The notes under the pieces are model-generated. The model was not told where the DNA came from. It saw only the letters and a list, made by a program, of their open reading frames with translations, and searched no databases. From positions 1,302,001 to 1,366,000 of the forward strand of contig OZ287070.1 of the NCBI GenBank assembly GCA_965645245.1: a stretch of DNA of 64,000 nucleotides. Reading direction: 5' to 3'. Numbering within the stretch: the stretch's first letter is position 1; each line of letters begins with the position of its first letter. Below are positions 60,401-64,000 of this stretch, in pieces. Source of the stretch: Massalongia carnosa. Taxonomy: Eukaryota. The position numbers were made by a program, and so were the translations under genes.

Positions 60401-63400
60401 TAACAACCTATAGTAATCGAAGAATATCGATTTTAAAATTTGTCTTTGTAAGTTCGTGAATGTTTCAGCATAAATCGTTTCTGATTTTACTGTTCGATCT
60501 CTCCCCAACCTCCAGTTTCGAAAATCTCGTCATCAAGCTGACCTAGTATCCATTTTCTTGTCGCGATTTTGTTATTGACAATGAATTTAATCAAAATGTC
60601 ATTTCCGATTTTTGTATTAAACAACATATTCAAGTTGATGGTAGTATCGATATTTTGTTTCATGTTTTGAATTTCATCGAAATAGTGAATGCAATTCAAT
60701 AACAAGTGTTCTGGCGTTTGTCGTTGATTGCATCGATTTGTGCATTTTGACGAATTATAATCTTTCAATCGATGTAAATAAGATCGAAAATAGCCGTGTC
60801 CGAATTTTAATTGCATAATAGTAGCAAATATCAATTTGGAACAGTTGTTTGATAAATAATAAAATCTCGATATGCCAGGTTTCATTTCGAATTTCTCGTA
60901 GTATTTGCCTTTTGATTTGCATTGTTGCCATTGATTCGTCCATGTGGTTAGCATATTTTGATTTATTTGATCTTTTACATAATCAAATGTTATCGCCGAG
61001 GACTCGACTAGGATTTGATTATGGCCCGTCTTTGCTATTTTGTCTGCAATTTCGTTTTCGGTAATATTTGAATGACTCGGAACCCATTGCAAAATCACCT
61101 GAAAATTGCTTTCAAATAAGATTTTTGCGAGCTTTCGAATTTGTCTGGCGAAAATATGATTTGTCAAGTTCTGAATTTCGTTTATCGCGTTTATACTATC
61201 AGAAAAAATCCAAATCGTTTTTTCTAAGTTCGATAAAATATTAGTATTCGACAATTTATAGACCCATTTCATTGCTTGTAAAATCGCATGCAGTTCAGCA
61301 TTTTTAATGCTTGACTTTTTGCTTAATTTCCAGCTTTTCGAAATCGTATGATACTTGATCAGACAATCTTTTTCGATAAATCGATTAAAATTATTGATAA
61401 TATTACTCCAGTTCCTTATAACTGGCGCAAATGTGACTGCAGACGTTGCAAATTCGATTTTCGATCCATCTGTATAAAGTAAAACTCGGGATTTATCGGA
61501 GTTCATTGATTTAATTTTGGATAAGGTCGAATAATAACTTGATTTAGCAGATTCCTTTGTATTTTCGATTTGAAATTTGATTTTACAAGGCGATTTCCAA
61601 GGTTTAATAAAATGATTTGATTGTTCAAATTCATCAGTTTTGTGAACTATATCGGAAACGGAATGAAGAACGCGAATAAGCTGACTAGGATGTCGTTTAT
61701 TTGTTTGTTTTTCGTCTTCGTTCCATTCGGCATATTTGTTGTTCCATAAACTTGTGTCAAAACCGATATTTTCGAATTTTATCGAATATGTGTTTGGAAT
61801 TCTTTGACAAATAGGGTTAATTTCGGCAATCTTCAATAATCGAATTGCGTATTTTTGATTTTTCATTAATAATCGAAGTTTAACTGGTAAAACATGTGAT
61901 TCAATTTCCATCGCCTGAATAGGTGTGGTTTTGAAAGTTCCTAAAATCTTTCGAATCATTTGATTTTGTAGGTTCTGAAATAGTTTTTCATATTTCTTTT
62001 GACCATTATACCAAATTTCTGAGCCGTAGTCCGAAATAGGAATAATGCATGACATATAGAGCTGTCTGCATGCGGTCGGTTTCAGACCCCATTCGGATTT
62101 CATCAAATTCTGAATTGCAAAAAACGATCGATTCGCAGAAGAGATCCGCGTTTCGACGTGTTTTTTGAAATTTAGTTTTCGGTCTAACCAGACGCCCAAC
62201 CATTTGACTACATTTTTCGGTTCTAGTACTGTCCCGTTTGGTAATTCCAATGTGTCTTTCGATACATTTCTTGTCTTTTCGAAGTGAATCAGCTCGGATT
62301 TATCGTCATCAAATTTGACATTATTCGATGCGGCCCAATCAAAGGCCGTTTTGACTATGATTTCGATTTCTTTGCAATTCTGTTTTGCAGTTTTATTTTC
62401 GACATATATTGCAACATCGTCAATAAAACTGGAAGAATGTGCATTGAATTTCATTCGTATTTTCGGAAACAAGTGACGAATGTAAATCAGAAATAGAATA
62501 GGCGAGATTGGTGAGCCTTGTGGAATTCCTGATTCGACATAATATGTTTTGCTTAAATTTTCATCAAATATCAAATTGATCGATCGCTTTGTCATGAAAT
62601 GCTTGACCCATTGAATTATTATGCGAGATAATTTCAGCTTTTTCATAACATTTAGCAGTTGATTAATCGAGACAAAGTCAAATGCGCCTTTGACATCGAG
62701 TAATAAACATGATAAGACGTTTTTATTTCTATTTGCAATTTCAATATCATGAACAACGTTCATTACTGCGTCAATTGCAGAATGATTTTTGCGTCCGCCC
62801 ATCTGTTCGATATCGAGTAAATTCGAATTTTCGCCGAAGTAGGCTAGTCGATTTGCAACGATTTTCTCAGCAATTTTACCAAGACAATTTAATAATATGA
62901 TAATTCGATATGATTTTGGAAACGAATAGTCCGATTTATTAGGTTTTTTCAGAACTGCACCGAGTCCTGTCCGCCAGCATAACGGGTGATAACCGATTCG
63001 AATGAATTTCGAATAAATCATGAAAAACACGTTTTTCAACGATTGAAACGATTTTTGAACAATTGTAAAATTGATTGCATCAGGTCCACATGCTTTCTTC
63101 GGATTAAATAAACTAATCGCATTTTTCAACTCGTTTTCGGTCAAATCTGGCCAATTATCATCATTTACGCTGTCTTGATTTGATAAATCTTCCTCATTAT
63201 CGTCAATAAATGGGTTTTTTGTATACATTGCTGACACAAATGCATCGCATTTGTCATCAAACTGAACATTTAGCTTGTTTTCATGTAAAATCGGCGGTAT
63301 TTTTTCGAATATTCGCGGTTTAGTGTATTTATACGCGGTAAATACATCTTTATTTGCTGCATTTTCAAGAAAAGTAAACCATGTTTGTTGTTTTGCTTTT

Positions 63401-63578
63401 CGAATTGCATGAAAATACTCGATTCGACTATGTTTAAACGTCCGATGACTAAAATCGGACGTAGATTTTCTGATCAAATTGCATTTTGATTCTTCGAATT
63501 CCACCAGCTATGATGTGTATTGAAATCTCCACATATGACAAATTGATCAGTTGATATAGGTTAATATTTTATTAAAAT
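57441..63578 (-). mobile_element. Tad1-like LINE copy 2, older and frameshifted (57441-60248 plus 63476-63578)
   Basis: Colinear with copy 1 ORF2 with many indels; resumes after copy 3. Confidence 0.85.
60249..63461 (-). mobile_element. Tad1-like LINE copy 3, 5'-truncated, open RT-RNase H frame, inserted in copy 2
   Basis: 14-bp TSD TAGATTTTCTGATC (60235-60248, 63462-63475), A-rich tail, uninterrupted frame to the stop at 60487. Confidence 0.9.
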
Positions 63579-64000
63579 CTTTTATTATTTTATTTATTCA
63601 TTAAGTGTATTCAACTTAAGGTTATGACACTAAACTATTTTAAGATATGTTTTTATTTTACAAATAAATCAACCCTTTATAACCCAACTATGTATCGTCA
63701 ATATTGCCCCGTTTTTACTCCGTGTTAGTAACAACCTTTAGTAATCGAAATATCAATTTTACAATTTTTTTTTGTAAAGCTCGTGAATATTCCAGCGTAA
63801 ATCATTTCTAATTTTACTGTTCGATCTCTCCCCAATCTCCCGTTTCGATATTTTGGTCATCGAGCTGACCTAGCATCCATTTTCTAGACGCGATTTTGTT
63901 ATCAATAAAAAATTTAATCAAAATATTATTTCCGATCCTAGTATTAAACGACATTTTTAAAGTAATTGTGGTATCGATATTTTGTTTCATGTTTAGGATT
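63579..64000 (-). mobile_element. Tad1-like LINE copy 4, 3' end (runs out of the window)
   Basis: Same 3' UTR and ORF2 C-terminus (WGEIEQ*) with TAAA-type tail, interrupting copy 2. Confidence 0.85.

Noticed and set aside
63462..63504. N-terminus of the 1005-aa ORF as a real start
   Set aside because: It is out-of-frame host LINE sequence plus the TSD, fused to a 5'-truncated copy.
11709..64000. Starship or other cargo-carrying giant element
   Set aside because: No tyrosine-recombinase captain or host-like cargo genes; nearly all sequence is explained by ordinary nested TEs.

Overview
Eukaryotic DNA from a filamentous ascomycete. The short GT-AG introns and the RPB1 sequence fit Pezizomycotina, possibly a lichen-forming Lecanoromycete (inference). 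The first ~11.1 kb holds three host genes: the 3' part of a sterol-glucosyltransferase-like GT1 gene, SWD1 (COMPASS) and RPB1, with the last two head-to-head. From ~11.7 kb to the end the window is a deeply nested transposon island that can largely be resolved by TIRs, LTRs and target-site duplications (TSDs). (1) A hAT-like MITE is split by a decayed AcademH-type DNA transposon (DDE transposase plus RecQ-like helicase, TTG...CAA ends, 8-bp TSD), which itself carries a Copia remnant and five solo LTRs. (2) A pogo/Fot1 element is stretched to ~24 kb by three ~1-kb solo LTRs, a complete 571-bp TRIM with a Tf1-like self-priming site, an intact young Ty3/Gypsy (TTTAAAC -1 frameshift with predicted pseudoknot, extra 3' ORF), a decayed chromovirus, a second pogo and a Tc1 element. 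(3) An intact MITE copy and a stack of Tad1-like LINEs inserted into each other follow. Older elements show TGG->TAG and CA->TA changes suggesting mild RIP. All calls were made by eye with no database searches.
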